DNA of 64,000 nt from a virus (Duplodnaviria > Caudoviricetes): the IMG/VR virus record IMGVR_UViG_3300025358_000002, positions 1 through 64,000 of that record, one strand, 5' to 3'. The notes under the pieces are model-generated. The model was not told the origin of the DNA. It made no database searches and worked only from the letters and a program-made list of their open reading frames with translations. Positions 38,539-48,427 of this stretch are shown here, piece after piece (positions within the stretch are counted from its first letter, which is position 1; every line of letters starts with the position of its first letter). The translations under genes and the position numbers were made by a program.

Positions 38539-39198
38539 ATGTGCATGGGTTGTAAGACAGGAACAAAAAAACGTACGACACGCACTTATACCTGCACGCG
38601 TTGTAACGAAGAACGTACACAAAACTCATGTGGACGCCTACGTGAAGTATGTGATGTTTGCAGAAACAAAAAAAACCCATGTGAGTGTGGTTGCGGTGGT
38701 TTTGTAAAAGCTGCACTGAATAATTCTAAATTTATCAGTGGGCATAACATTAATTTGCTTACAATTGATGAACAACGTCGCCGTAGGTCTTTACAGCGTA
38801 AACGGTACGTAGAACTTAATCCAGATGGCCCTTCAGTTGCAACTCGTGCCAAGATTGCCAAAACCGTCAGCCAACGTCACAAAGAAGGCGCGTTTGTAAA
38901 TGCCTACGGGAATAAGGTATCTAAGGTAGAATTGTCGTTAAAGCCTGTCCTCGAACCACTTGGCTACGAACACACTGGTGAGGGTGGTTTTCACATCCGC
39001 GCTAAAGGCGGCAAGACTCGTATTCCAGACTATGTTAAGCGTGATACCCGTGAGATTGTAGAAGTATGGGGAACATACTGGCATCGTGGCGAGAACCCGC
39101 AGGATCTTATTGACTGGTATGCAGAGCAAGGTTGGAATGCCCGCGTGGTATGGGAAAATGAAGTAGCCGAATTTGCCGTAAACATGGGTGGAGTATAG
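38539..39198 (+). mobile_element. free-standing homing-type endonuclease (Zn fingers, NUMOD3-like, Vsr/DUF559-like PD-(D/E)xK domain)
   Basis: CxxC pairs, CECGCG..KFISGHN, SVATRAKIAK, PDY..IVEVWGTYWH..VWENE; flanked by duplicated AVNMGGV-stop. Confidence 0.8.
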
Positions 39199-39199
39199 T

Positions 39200-39889
39200 G
39201 TGTCGGGTATCAATCCACAGCCAGGCCCAGTAGTCTCAGGCACAGGCACAGGTTTAAGCTACCAAGTTGAAAGCCCAATGCTTGTTGTCAAGCAGAAGGA
39301 AATCTGGGCACAGACAGATCAGCAACGTTTTCATGATGAAGCTTTGCAATGGTACGGAGAAGAAGCCATCGTACGTCAACTGTGGCGTGCAGAAGATCAG
39401 GTCAATGGGCTGGTCAATTACTGTCTCACTTGTCAAGACAGCCCAAACCCTACAGCACCGTCGCTGGCAACGCAGAGCCGTGTAAACCAGGTGTACCGTC
39501 AGACTGGTAACAGCTACTGTCCAGACTGCTACGGTACGACATTCAGTGGTGGTTTCAAGCCAATCTGCTACCACCTTTACATGATCGCTGCCGACACACC
39601 ACAGCAACGCTCCAACCTCAGCACTGGTCAGTTCTGGAAGAACACTCCTCAAGTACAGTTCAGTTGGTACCCAGAAATTCGCGTTGGAGACCTGGTGATC
39701 CGTGTAAACCAATGGACTAACGGCACTCCAACATCTTTGGGTGAACGTTTTGCCGTAAGCACGGTAAACCCTAACTCAATTCGCACAGGCCCTGGTCAAA
39801 GCTACAACACAACAACGTACGTCAATCAAACAACCACGTTGGAGAATGTACCACCAAGCCACCCATACTATGGAGTGCCAGTTATATGA
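39200..39889 (+). CDS. head-tail connector / neck protein
   Basis: GTG 39200 after GGAG; CPDCYGTTFSGGF, IRVGDLVIR. Confidence 0.6.
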   Translation: MSGINPQPGPVVSGTGTGLSYQVESPMLVVKQKEIWAQTDQQRFHDEALQWYGEEAIVRQLWRAEDQVNGLVNYCLTCQDSPNPTAPSLATQSRVNQVYRQTGNSYCPDCYGTTFSGGFKPICYHLYMIAADTPQQRSNLSTGQFWKNTPQVQFSWYPEIRVGDLVIRVNQWTNGTPTSLGERFAVSTVNPNSIRTGPGQSYNTTTYVNQTTTLENVPPSHPYYGVPVI

Positions 39890-40410
39890 GCGAGATGGTC
39901 CCAGTACCAGAGCAAATTGCTAGACAAATTGCAATGAGAGCTGTAGAAATTGCGCGCGTTATTGGTCCACGCAAAACCGGTAAAGCCCTTCTTGGTTTGA
40001 CACCTATTTCACAAGAAGGTATTATTGGTATAGATGCTAGTGAAGAAGTAAGTTATATTCTTGATCTAGACCAGGGTATTGAAGAGCACCCTATGACCAA
40101 CCTTGCTGGTCGTAACGTGCCAGTGCGCAGTCCTGGTGGAACAATATTTTTCCGCAGAGCTACAGAAAACAACATTGGTACTATTCCGATTATTACTAGG
40201 CTTTCAAAAGACGGAAGAATCTACAACGGTAAGCCGGAATGGACCTACCCTGCAAAGCCCGGCCTCAACTTTATTCAACGTTCACTAGAGATGAGCGTAG
40301 ACGAATGGTGCAGATCCGCAAACACTCAAAAAGTCGTTGACATGATGCTATTATCGTCTATCAAAGATGATGTAAGCATGTTTGTTTATGGAAAGAAAGC
40401 CAGCGTATAA
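39886..40410 (+). CDS. neck / tail-completion protein
   Basis: P.KTG..., LDQG...H, F..R motifs; position. Confidence 0.5.
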   Translation: MSEMVPVPEQIARQIAMRAVEIARVIGPRKTGKALLGLTPISQEGIIGIDASEEVSYILDLDQGIEEHPMTNLAGRNVPVRSPGGTIFFRRATENNIGTIPIITRLSKDGRIYNGKPEWTYPAKPGLNFIQRSLEMSVDEWCRSANTQKVVDMMLLSSIKDDVSMFVYGKKASV

Positions 40411-41087
40411 TGTTCGTAACAGCCGTAAAAACAACAATTATCGAAGCATTAAACGCAGGATTTAGCCAGCTGTCTAGCCACCCCGTTGATAATAGTTTAG
40501 ATCTTGTTCCCAATAGTATAACCATTGAGTATCCGCTAGAGTTAGTAGCGTGGCCAACCATTCTTGTGCAATTCCGCGCAAGCAAGGTTCAATGGACTGG
40601 ACTCAATCCAGATATTTATTCTGTTTCATCCAGCGGTATTTCTATTAGTGGCACCACATATTCGGGTACCGTAGTAAACAGAACCGGTTATTTTGAGGGA
40701 AGTATTGACCTTCAAATCATGGCAATGCACTCAGAAGAGCGCGACCGCCTTATGGACAGCGTTACAAACTTGATCCTTATGGGTGCGGGTAGCCCCGCTA
40801 GCTCCGCTTTCTACGCCAGTATCTACAACAACGACCTGGTTGGATTGACGCTGTTGCCCAGCACCTATACCAATTTGGGTGACAGCATTAGCTCAGGAAC
40901 TCCGTGGAGCCCAGAGGAATTAACTTACGAAGCCAGCTTCCGCATCAACTGCATTGGCGACTTCTACGAAACAAAATACAACTACGAATTGCCACAGATC
41001 ACAACAATTGTTACGAGTGGGACCCAATACTACCCATCAGTTTCATCGTTGTACCAGCCAGGAACCCCCTGGTATCCGCTTCCTTAA
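40410..41087 (+). CDS. tail terminator-like protein
   Basis: Directly upstream of sheath; IEYP...WPTILV, IMAMHSEERDRLMD. Confidence 0.6.
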   Translation: MFVTAVKTTIIEALNAGFSQLSSHPVDNSLDLVPNSITIEYPLELVAWPTILVQFRASKVQWTGLNPDIYSVSSSGISISGTTYSGTVVNRTGYFEGSIDLQIMAMHSEERDRLMDSVTNLILMGAGSPASSAFYASIYNNDLVGLTLLPSTYTNLGDSISSGTPWSPEELTYEASFRINCIGDFYETKYNYELPQITTIVTSGTQYYPSVSSLYQPGTPWYPLP

Positions 41088-41152
41088 TAAAACTATGAAA
41101 AGAAGTATTGTAAAACTACGCAGATTCTGCACAAGACCGTGAAGGAGATTGT

Positions 41153-42946
41153 ATGCCCAATACCCCTATTACCAACTATTTCACGCCTGGTGTGTATGTA
41201 ACCCAGTCGGGTACTTCGCTGGCCTCAGTCAGCAATGCAAACATCAACATTGCTATTGTCGCTGACCAGCCTACGCCAGGTACAAGCACCGACACGTTCT
41301 ACGGTGTAGTCCCTGCGAGTGGCCTTAACATTGGTCAGCTCACTACACCAATGGTTAACACGACTTCTACTGGTACGTATTCTAACTACGCCGGTTACAC
41401 CGTGACCTGGGTGAACTCACTCGGTGTTACAGTTACCGGTACTTACGGTACCAACTTTACAGTCTCCACACCAAGCGGTAGCCCATTTAGCTACCTTACA
41501 ACCAGCGGTACTGCTGCCAACACAAACCTTGTAACTGTAACGGGTAACGGTACGCAGTGGGTGTTTAACACGACCACAACGAATAACATTGTTGCCGGTT
41601 CTCTCGTAACCATCACCGCTGTAACAGGTACTGTCGCTTTCGCTAGCGGTACGTACACCGTTGCAAGTGCTAACTCAAGCGCTTTCTACATCAACAACAC
41701 CACAAACGGCGGTATCGGTTCAACGACAATTACGGGTACTGCAACACAGAACGTTGTTCCTAGTGGCACCGTAGGCATTAGCTACGGCCACAACTGGGGT
41801 GCATACGGCAAGTTCCCTAACTTCAACGCACTTACCACTGCAATTGGTCCAGCAGTTAGCGGAACAACCATCGTAAACCCAGCAGTTCTTGCAGCACAAC
41901 TTGCTTTCCAAAACGGTGCAAGCAACGTAAGCATCATGCCGGTTGCCAGAATTTCTACAAGCAACACTGGTCCTGCACAGTTGAGCGACTGGACACGTAC
42001 TTTTACTGCTTCTAGCGGTATCAACAGTGACCCAACGTACTTGATGAGTTTGACCGGAGTAGACGTTATCGTTCCTCTTTACGGGTTTGTTAGCACAAGC
42101 GGCGCAACAAATGGTCAGATCATTCCTTACGGCGCAGGCACATTGGCAAGCGGCATCAACACTTACCTGAACAACCAGTTCTCATATGGTACAATGCAGC
42201 GTGCATTCATCGGTGTTGATGGCACTGCCAACCAGGTAACCTCCACAGCACTTGCATCACTTGCACAGTCTTTCTACAGCAAGCGAATCAGCTTGGTTTA
42301 CCCTGCTGTTGTTAACTACAACCCAGGATTCAACGCAGTTACTGGCTTGAGCACAACGAGCTTCAACATCCCTGGCTATTACATGGCTGCTGCTATTGCT
42401 GGTGTATTTGCCAACCAGCCCACCGTAGCTACGCCAATCACAAACAAGACCGTTGCAGGCTTCTCAAGCATCCCTAACCAGATCAGCGAGATCGACGCAT
42501 CAACTAACTACCTGCCGTATGGTATTACCACTGTACGACAGAAGCGCGACGGTAACTTCTGGATTCTCCAAGGTTTGACAACTGATACTACGTCATGGGT
42601 TAGCCAGGAAATCTCAATCAACGCTATTGGCGACTTGCTTACACGCAACGTAAGAACAGACCTTGTCAATAGCCAACTTGTTGGTGGTCCATTGACCAAC
42701 GTAACTTCAGCAGCCGTTCTCGGCACTGTACAGGCTACGTTGACCAATGCTCTTAGTGATGGTTTAATCCAGTCTTACCAAAACCTTAGCTTGTCGCTAA
42801 ACCCAGCAACACCAACAACCGTAAACGTCACATTCCAATACGCTCCGACGTATCCGATCAACTACATCCAAGTTAGCCTGAGCCTTAACACTCAGACTGG
42901 TACCGTAGTTGCTCAGAATGCTCAGAGCAACTTTGTAGTCTACTAG
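41153..42946 (+). CDS. contractile tail sheath protein
   Basis: PGVYV N-terminus, AFQNGA, AAAIAG, ITNK.V.GF, QGLTT, YAPTYPINYIQV. Confidence 0.9.
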   Translation: MPNTPITNYFTPGVYVTQSGTSLASVSNANINIAIVADQPTPGTSTDTFYGVVPASGLNIGQLTTPMVNTTSTGTYSNYAGYTVTWVNSLGVTVTGTYGTNFTVSTPSGSPFSYLTTSGTAANTNLVTVTGNGTQWVFNTTTTNNIVAGSLVTITAVTGTVAFASGTYTVASANSSAFYINNTTNGGIGSTTITGTATQNVVPSGTVGISYGHNWGAYGKFPNFNALTTAIGPAVSGTTIVNPAVLAAQLAFQNGASNVSIMPVARISTSNTGPAQLSDWTRTFTASSGINSDPTYLMSLTGVDVIVPLYGFVSTSGATNGQIIPYGAGTLASGINTYLNNQFSYGTMQRAFIGVDGTANQVTSTALASLAQSFYSKRISLVYPAVVNYNPGFNAVTGLSTTSFNIPGYYMAAAIAGVFANQPTVATPITNKTVAGFSSIPNQISEIDASTNYLPYGITTVRQKRDGNFWILQGLTTDTTSWVSQEISINAIGDLLTRNVRTDLVNSQLVGGPLTNVTSAAVLGTVQATLTNALSDGLIQSYQNLSLSLNPATPTTVNVTFQYAPTYPINYIQVSLSLNTQTGTVVAQNAQSNFVVY

Positions 42947-42954
42947 GAGAATAT

Positions 42955-43428
42955 ATGGCAAAGTCCACATTCCGCGTAGGTGGAGGATACACCGCGTTCG
43001 TATACAACGGTCAGCCGTTGATTTACGCTCAGGTAATCAACGAGCGCGCTCCTTCACCCGTCGCATCACCAACACCGGTTCAGCCACTTGACTCGCCATA
43101 TCCTATCGAAATCGCGTTGCCCATTGCTCTTACCGCTGGATCAATTGAGCTTACGTTCCTAGAACAATGGAATGCAGAAGTCTGGGCACAGCTCGGCAGC
43201 AACTTCACCACAGCTTCTGACCTCCTTGACGTGTTCAAGGCCCAGCTGGCACAAGGTGAAGTGACATGCGTAAAGATCATCAATAAGCCAGACGGTACAC
43301 AACGCAAGATTGTTTACCAGGGGTGCGTCGTTACAAACGTCCAGATTGATGAAATGATATCTATTGGTGTAATGACAATTCCTAAGATTGTTACAATCTC
43401 GTATCGCTCAAGAAAAGAACTCTTCTAA
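42955..43428 (+). CDS. tail tube protein
   Basis: Follows sheath; 157 aa; GSIELTFLEQWN, YQGCVV. Confidence 0.8.
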   Translation: MAKSTFRVGGGYTAFVYNGQPLIYAQVINERAPSPVASPTPVQPLDSPYPIEIALPIALTAGSIELTFLEQWNAEVWAQLGSNFTTASDLLDVFKAQLAQGEVTCVKIINKPDGTQRKIVYQGCVVTNVQIDEMISIGVMTIPKIVTISYRSRKELF

Positions 43429-43445
43429 GAAAGGTAACTTAAACA

Positions 43446-44447
43446 ATGTCTGCTCGTTCTTTTGTTATTCAACTCCAGCCAGGTCAAGGCCAGGCTCTCC
43501 TTCCTGATCACCGCAAGATGATCCCTGGTGTACAGTACGTCGTTGACGCTGACACCTTCAACCGGATCTCTCTTAGCGCACGTCAGAACGTAATCCAAGT
43601 TGTAACAGTCAACATGGATGCTACTAACACTGGTGCTACCAGCGTTAGCGGTACCTATGTTCCCGCCCAAGCTTCTTCAGGTATCAACCGTCAGGTGTTC
43701 GGTGCTGGTCAATCAGCGCTTAACATCCTTGGTACCGTAAGCCCTAACGCATCAACATTCAGCCTTGCTGGATTTGCTGCACAGGGTTGGAGCGCCGGTG
43801 GTGAGACTGGTTCCAACACTGGTATTAGCACTCCTCAGTCAACTTTGAGCGGTAATGCTGTCAATGTTGCTTTGACAAGCCCAGACGGTGCTCGCTACGT
43901 ACTCGGTTACAACGGCACCGCATCAACCATCTCTGGTGGTTGGGCTACCGTATGGTATGACTACAACAACCGCTACATCTCAACTGCTTCTGGTGTTTCT
44001 TTGCTCGTTAAGCAGGACAGCCTCGGCACGCCTTACGCTGTCAGCGTCAACACGACTTTGTCAGGTGTAAACGGTAACGTTGTTACTGTCGGCACAAAGC
44101 AGGGTGAGTTCGCAGGTATTGCTCTCACGAACATTCCTGCCGGTAACTTCGGTTTCATTCAGATCGAGGGTACCTGCCCAAGCGCAGTTGTGGCTTCCGG
44201 TACTGCTGTAGGTGCTACCGTAGCTGTTAGCGGCACAAGCAACAACGGTGTTCTTGCCGTTCCTGCAACCACCACTACATCTGTCAGCACTGCTGGTGTT
44301 GTAACTGGTTCAGCCCTTGCTAACAACACTGTTGGTACAGTTCTTACTGCTCCTGCATCAGGCACCAATGGTCAGTTCTACTCGGTCATTGAGATCCGCA
44401 GCCGCCGCTCCAAGAAGCCCTACAACCGCTTCCTGAACAAGAACTAA
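43446..44447 (+). CDS. SG-rich structural protein with cement-like C-terminal domain
   Basis: FAGIALTNIPAGNFGFIQIEG resembles capsid-cement folds; biased codons. Confidence 0.5.
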   Translation: MSARSFVIQLQPGQGQALLPDHRKMIPGVQYVVDADTFNRISLSARQNVIQVVTVNMDATNTGATSVSGTYVPAQASSGINRQVFGAGQSALNILGTVSPNASTFSLAGFAAQGWSAGGETGSNTGISTPQSTLSGNAVNVALTSPDGARYVLGYNGTASTISGGWATVWYDYNNRYISTASGVSLLVKQDSLGTPYAVSVNTTLSGVNGNVVTVGTKQGEFAGIALTNIPAGNFGFIQIEGTCPSAVVASGTAVGATVAVSGTSNNGVLAVPATTTTSVSTAGVVTGSALANNTVGTVLTAPASGTNGQFYSVIEIRSRRSKKPYNRFLNKN

Positions 44448-44489
44448 CAAATAGTTGGTAGGCCGAAAGGCCCTAGACCCAAAGGTAAC

Positions 44490-45014
44490 ATGACAACAAA
44501 GAAGAACAACGGATGGGGGATTGAAGACCTCTCCCAGACCGGTGATGCAAACATTGATTCATTCCCAAACGAGTGGAAAGATGAGTTTGAAGGGTTGCTG
44601 TTTCTCGGCAAGCTTGAAACTGAAGTCACAAGTATTCCTTATCACAAATTTGTGGTAAGAACCCTTACAGTTAATGAAAAGCTAGAGGTTAGCCTACTAG
44701 CAAAGCCATTCATCGAAACGATCGGTTACGGTCGTGCTTACAGAGCCTCTGTAGTTGCAGCAGGCCTTGTAAGCGTGGATGGTAGAGACATGGTCCCATT
44801 GAGTAAGGGGATCAATGTCATTAGACAAAAGTATGAGTATATCGTTAACAACTGGTACGACACAGTTGTCGACATCTTGTATCAGGAAATCGACAAGCTC
44901 GAGACCAAGGTTATCCTTATCCTCCAAGAGTTGGGCATCATTGATGCCCTTATCCCCCTTGACGTCTTTGAAAAGACAGAAGAGGAAAAGGATACCCCAA
45001 AAGGTGGAGAGTAG
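44490..45014 (+). CDS. tail assembly chaperone (G-like)
   Basis: Position before tape measure; ends at slippery site. Confidence 0.75.
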   Translation: MTTKKNNGWGIEDLSQTGDANIDSFPNEWKDEFEGLLFLGKLETEVTSIPYHKFVVRTLTVNEKLEVSLLAKPFIETIGYGRAYRASVVAAGLVSVDGRDMVPLSKGINVIRQKYEYIVNNWYDTVVDILYQEIDKLETKVILILQELGIIDALIPLDVFEKTEEEKDTPKGGE

Positions 45015-45418
45015 ATCCGTACATCATTGAGGAAAGCGAATTAGCTTATCAACAAGGTGTATTGAACAAGCCCAACCTTAACATGGTTCAGCAAGCAATG
45101 CTTTCTGTCGTTAGAATCCGTAAGAACGAAGAAGAATACGATCTGGAAGTTGCTAAGTTTGAGCAGAATATGTTCATCAACAATCCTGAGCTTTACAAAA
45201 AGTACATGGAAAAGAAGGAACAAGACGCTATCAGTGGCAACACTGACATTCAGTGGCTTGCTCCTGAGAGTGTTGAAGAAGCTGCTGAGTTGGTAAACCT
45301 GTTTAGCGATATCGATAAACAGCTCAAAGAGATGGAAGACAACCCAGATTCACCGTCAGCAAGTTTCCTAGATTTGTTTGGCGGTATCAACGTGGACGAG
45401 ATTGGAGGTGATGAGTAA
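44490..45418 (+). CDS. tail assembly chaperone GT-like, -1 frameshift product
   Basis: C CCA AAA at 44996-45002; -1 frame open from 45002 into ORF 45062-45418. Confidence 0.75.
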
Positions 45419-47682
45419 TGCCAGATCCGATACAATTACAATTTGAATTCCCTGACGATGCTGGTCCGTTATCCGAACGATTTAATACCCTCGGCACAAT
45501 TTCTAGTCAGATGCGTGACGACTGGCAAACCATTTCCGATTCAATGCAGAGTACTCTTGATAAGGCCGTAGATATGCGGTCTAAGATTGTAGAGCCTCTT
45601 AACGAAATGCTTACTGGCATGAAGAGTGTCGTTGATCTTGTTTCTCAAGGCATTAAAGATAATGCTACAGGTGCCAAGGAAGTTCTGGCCACCATCAACA
45701 CTATCCTTCAGAGCTCAAACAGCATTAACGCTGTTATGAATAGAACAGGACAAAACGGTCCTGGAGCTGCCAGCCAAGGTTTCTCTAATCCTCTTGCCAA
45801 TCCTATGGCATGGGGAGCGTACGCCAACCAGATGCACAACTATAGCTCCGACCCTTTCTGGAGTGCAAGCAGTCGAGAGTCGCAGTTTGCTGACCCTAAC
45901 CACCCAGACTTCTTTGAAAGTAGGGCACGCATTGTTCCTACCGAAGAAGAGTTGGGTGGAACTGCTGCAGCTACCAGCAGGAAAAGATCAAGTGTTCCTG
46001 TAGAAGAACCATACGAAGAAGATCAAATCCCACATGCCAGTGGAAGATTGGCTGATGAAGCTCAATATGACACTGCAAGAGCTTCATACAGACCTCAATC
46101 CGCCATTCCTCTTAATATTTCTGAATTGTATCCTAATTTAGCTAATGCTGGTTATTTTGACAATCTAAATAACTACAACTATCAGCACGCTCCAAGCATG
46201 GCAATTTCTGGTTTAACGCAAACCATGCAAGACAGTGCAATCGGTCAGCTCCTTGGCATGATCCCAGGTGCGAACACTATCATTCCTGGTATGTCCAACA
46301 TTGCTCAATCTTATGCAAAATGGGCAAGTGCTGGGCAACAATATCAAGCACCTGCACCTGGTGAAGAAGTTGGCCCAGCACCGGCTGGCAATTTCTATAC
46401 ACAAGCTCAACAAGCATTGATGTCTAAGCTTGATTCACTGGTTGGTTCTTTAGACCGTTTTACTCAATCCAGCACTGCGGTAAATGCAGCAGGAATTATG
46501 AGCACAAGCATGGTTGCTTACAATCAGTTTAAAGTAGCAAACAATGCTATCCGCTCAGATATTTCTTACCCGATGCAAGCGTTGGGCGACATTACTGGTA
46601 CGGTAAGCCCCACACAGTTTGCTTCATACAAAGCTCAAGCACTTGGTTACAACATACCTGAAAAAGCTTTGTACAGTACTACTGACGCTTACACAGCAAT
46701 GCTGGCTGCCCAGCAGCTTGGTTACCGAGGGCCTGGTGAGGTCACTAATTACGAGAACTTAGACTATCAACTTCAGACAGGGTATGGTCTTAGTCACGGT
46801 GAAACCCAGCAGCTTATGAGTTCTGCGCTTGCCTATGGTCTTGACCTTAATCAATACACCACTGGTTACGAGCAAGCAAGAAAACTGGGCGCAAGCACCG
46901 ACACAAACATGGCTTATGTAAGCCAGAACTATCAGCTTGGTGCTGGTACAGCGGCAAGCCTTGGCTTCCGTGGTAGTGCTGCCACAGCGTTTGGTAATGC
47001 TGCCGTAGGATTTGGTGCTGGCAATTTTGTTGCTCAAGCTGCCGGTATGACCGGTCAGGAACTTATGGGTACTCCGCTGGGTATTGCTTTGTTCGCGCAA
47101 CAAGCTGGCACTTCATTCATGGACTCATACTCAGCAGCTCAGAACATGGGGGCAGCACAAGCAACCAAACTGCAGTCTCAGGCCATGATGCAGTTATTGC
47201 AACAGATTGGTATTCCGGTCAACACAATTAGCAAGCCTTCCGACCTTAACCCTTATGCAATTAAACTAAGTTTAATTCTCCCTCAGCTTGGTGTTACTGA
47301 TGTTACAACACCACAACAGGCAGTTGTTTGGGCGTACAGTATAATTGCACAGGCTAGAAACCTACCCAATACAACCTCTATGCTTAGTAGTTATACTCAA
47401 CCAACGACAGCATCGGGTACGGCCACGCAAGGTGTTCCATCAACATCAACATTCCTTAACAGCTTAACCACTGACACTAGTGCATTGGGAATAGCTGCAA
47501 TGAATAACGGATTGAACGTAGCCGGAACTTCATCGTCGACATCGGCCACCACATCTAATGGAGTCACCGTACAAGTGGCGTTGGCACCAGGATTACAGAA
47601 CATCCTTACTGCTGCAGTTCAAAGCGCAAACGCTAGCGTGACAAGCCCATCAGCAAGAGTTAATCAGACCACTACTTCATAA
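45418..47682 (+). CDS. tape measure protein
   Basis: Follows chaperones; Ala/Gly/Gln-rich helical, 754 aa; SD GGAGG. Confidence 0.7.
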   Translation: MPDPIQLQFEFPDDAGPLSERFNTLGTISSQMRDDWQTISDSMQSTLDKAVDMRSKIVEPLNEMLTGMKSVVDLVSQGIKDNATGAKEVLATINTILQSSNSINAVMNRTGQNGPGAASQGFSNPLANPMAWGAYANQMHNYSSDPFWSASSRESQFADPNHPDFFESRARIVPTEEELGGTAAATSRKRSSVPVEEPYEEDQIPHASGRLADEAQYDTARASYRPQSAIPLNISELYPNLANAGYFDNLNNYNYQHAPSMAISGLTQTMQDSAIGQLLGMIPGANTIIPGMSNIAQSYAKWASAGQQYQAPAPGEEVGPAPAGNFYTQAQQALMSKLDSLVGSLDRFTQSSTAVNAAGIMSTSMVAYNQFKVANNAIRSDISYPMQALGDITGTVSPTQFASYKAQALGYNIPEKALYSTTDAYTAMLAAQQLGYRGPGEVTNYENLDYQLQTGYGLSHGETQQLMSSALAYGLDLNQYTTGYEQARKLGASTDTNMAYVSQNYQLGAGTAASLGFRGSAATAFGNAAVGFGAGNFVAQAAGMTGQELMGTPLGIALFAQQAGTSFMDSYSAAQNMGAAQATKLQSQAMMQLLQQIGIPVNTISKPSDLNPYAIKLSLILPQLGVTDVTTPQQAVVWAYSIIAQARNLPNTTSMLSSYTQPTTASGTATQGVPSTSTFLNSLTTDTSALGIAAMNNGLNVAGTSSSTSATTSNGVTVQVALAPGLQNILTAAVQSANASVTSPSARVNQTTTS

Positions 47683-48248
47683 TGACAATTATTAATCCGC
47701 CTAACATGCTTGTTGATGACAAGCCAAGTAATGCTACGGCAACGCTTGTTGACAACACTACCGGCATTACATACAGTTTCCCATACAACGTCAACTCAGT
47801 TAACTGGACCTACCAGATGAACACAACCAGCATGAGCACCATTGGTGGTCGTGTGACACAACTTCTTTCTGCTCGAGCCAACACGGTTGTAATCCAGGGA
47901 GAAGCTGGCAGTAGAGAAAAATTGCTCACACTCTACGGCAATTTTAAAACCATGCAAGACAACCAGAACATTTATAAAACAAGTGCGACGCTTAACATCC
48001 CACGACAGGGCGGCCAATCTTCTTTCTTCAACACCCATGTTTGGCTTGAGCAAATGCAAATTGGTTGGAGTGTTGACACTGTTGTTTACCCATACAGCAT
48101 GGCATTTGAGATCGACAACGATCTCAGTGGAAATTCAGCGTTATCAACAGCAATTGTAAACGATGCGTTGAACAGAATTACAAGTGGTATTGGATACAAT
48201 TCCAACTACCTTGGTTTCACTTCCCAAAGCGTAAACATTAGCTTATAG
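47682..48248 (+). CDS. baseplate / tube-initiator protein
   Basis: After tape measure; FPYNVN...TIGGRVTQLL. Confidence 0.55.
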   Translation: MTIINPPNMLVDDKPSNATATLVDNTTGITYSFPYNVNSVNWTYQMNTTSMSTIGGRVTQLLSARANTVVIQGEAGSREKLLTLYGNFKTMQDNQNIYKTSATLNIPRQGGQSSFFNTHVWLEQMQIGWSVDTVVYPYSMAFEIDNDLSGNSALSTAIVNDALNRITSGIGYNSNYLGFTSQSVNISL

Positions 48249-48259
48249 ATAGGAGAATT

Positions 48260-48427
48260 ATGGCACAAGATTACACATACTCAAACTGCAAGATCTCCTC
48301 GCCTATCTTGCAGCCCGACAAGCAAACAGTTCAATTTAACGGTCTAGCTTGGAGCGTAAACGGGATGATTCATCAGGTTTCTAGTAACGATCAAAGTTGG
48401 CAAACATGGCTGGGAATGCAACAGTAA
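48260..48427 (+). CDS. small hypothetical protein, 55 aa, not in ORF track
   Basis: SD AGGAG, MAQDYTYSNCKISSP... Confidence 0.6.
   Translation: MAQDYTYSNCKISSPILQPDKQTVQFNGLAWSVNGMIHQVSSNDQSWQTWLGMQQ

Noticed and set aside
38428-39198. Group I intron or intein hosting the endonuclease; ORF-track start at 38428
   Set aside because: The host gene is complete with its own stop, there is no room for a ribozyme core and no intein termini; ATG 38539 with SD is the better start
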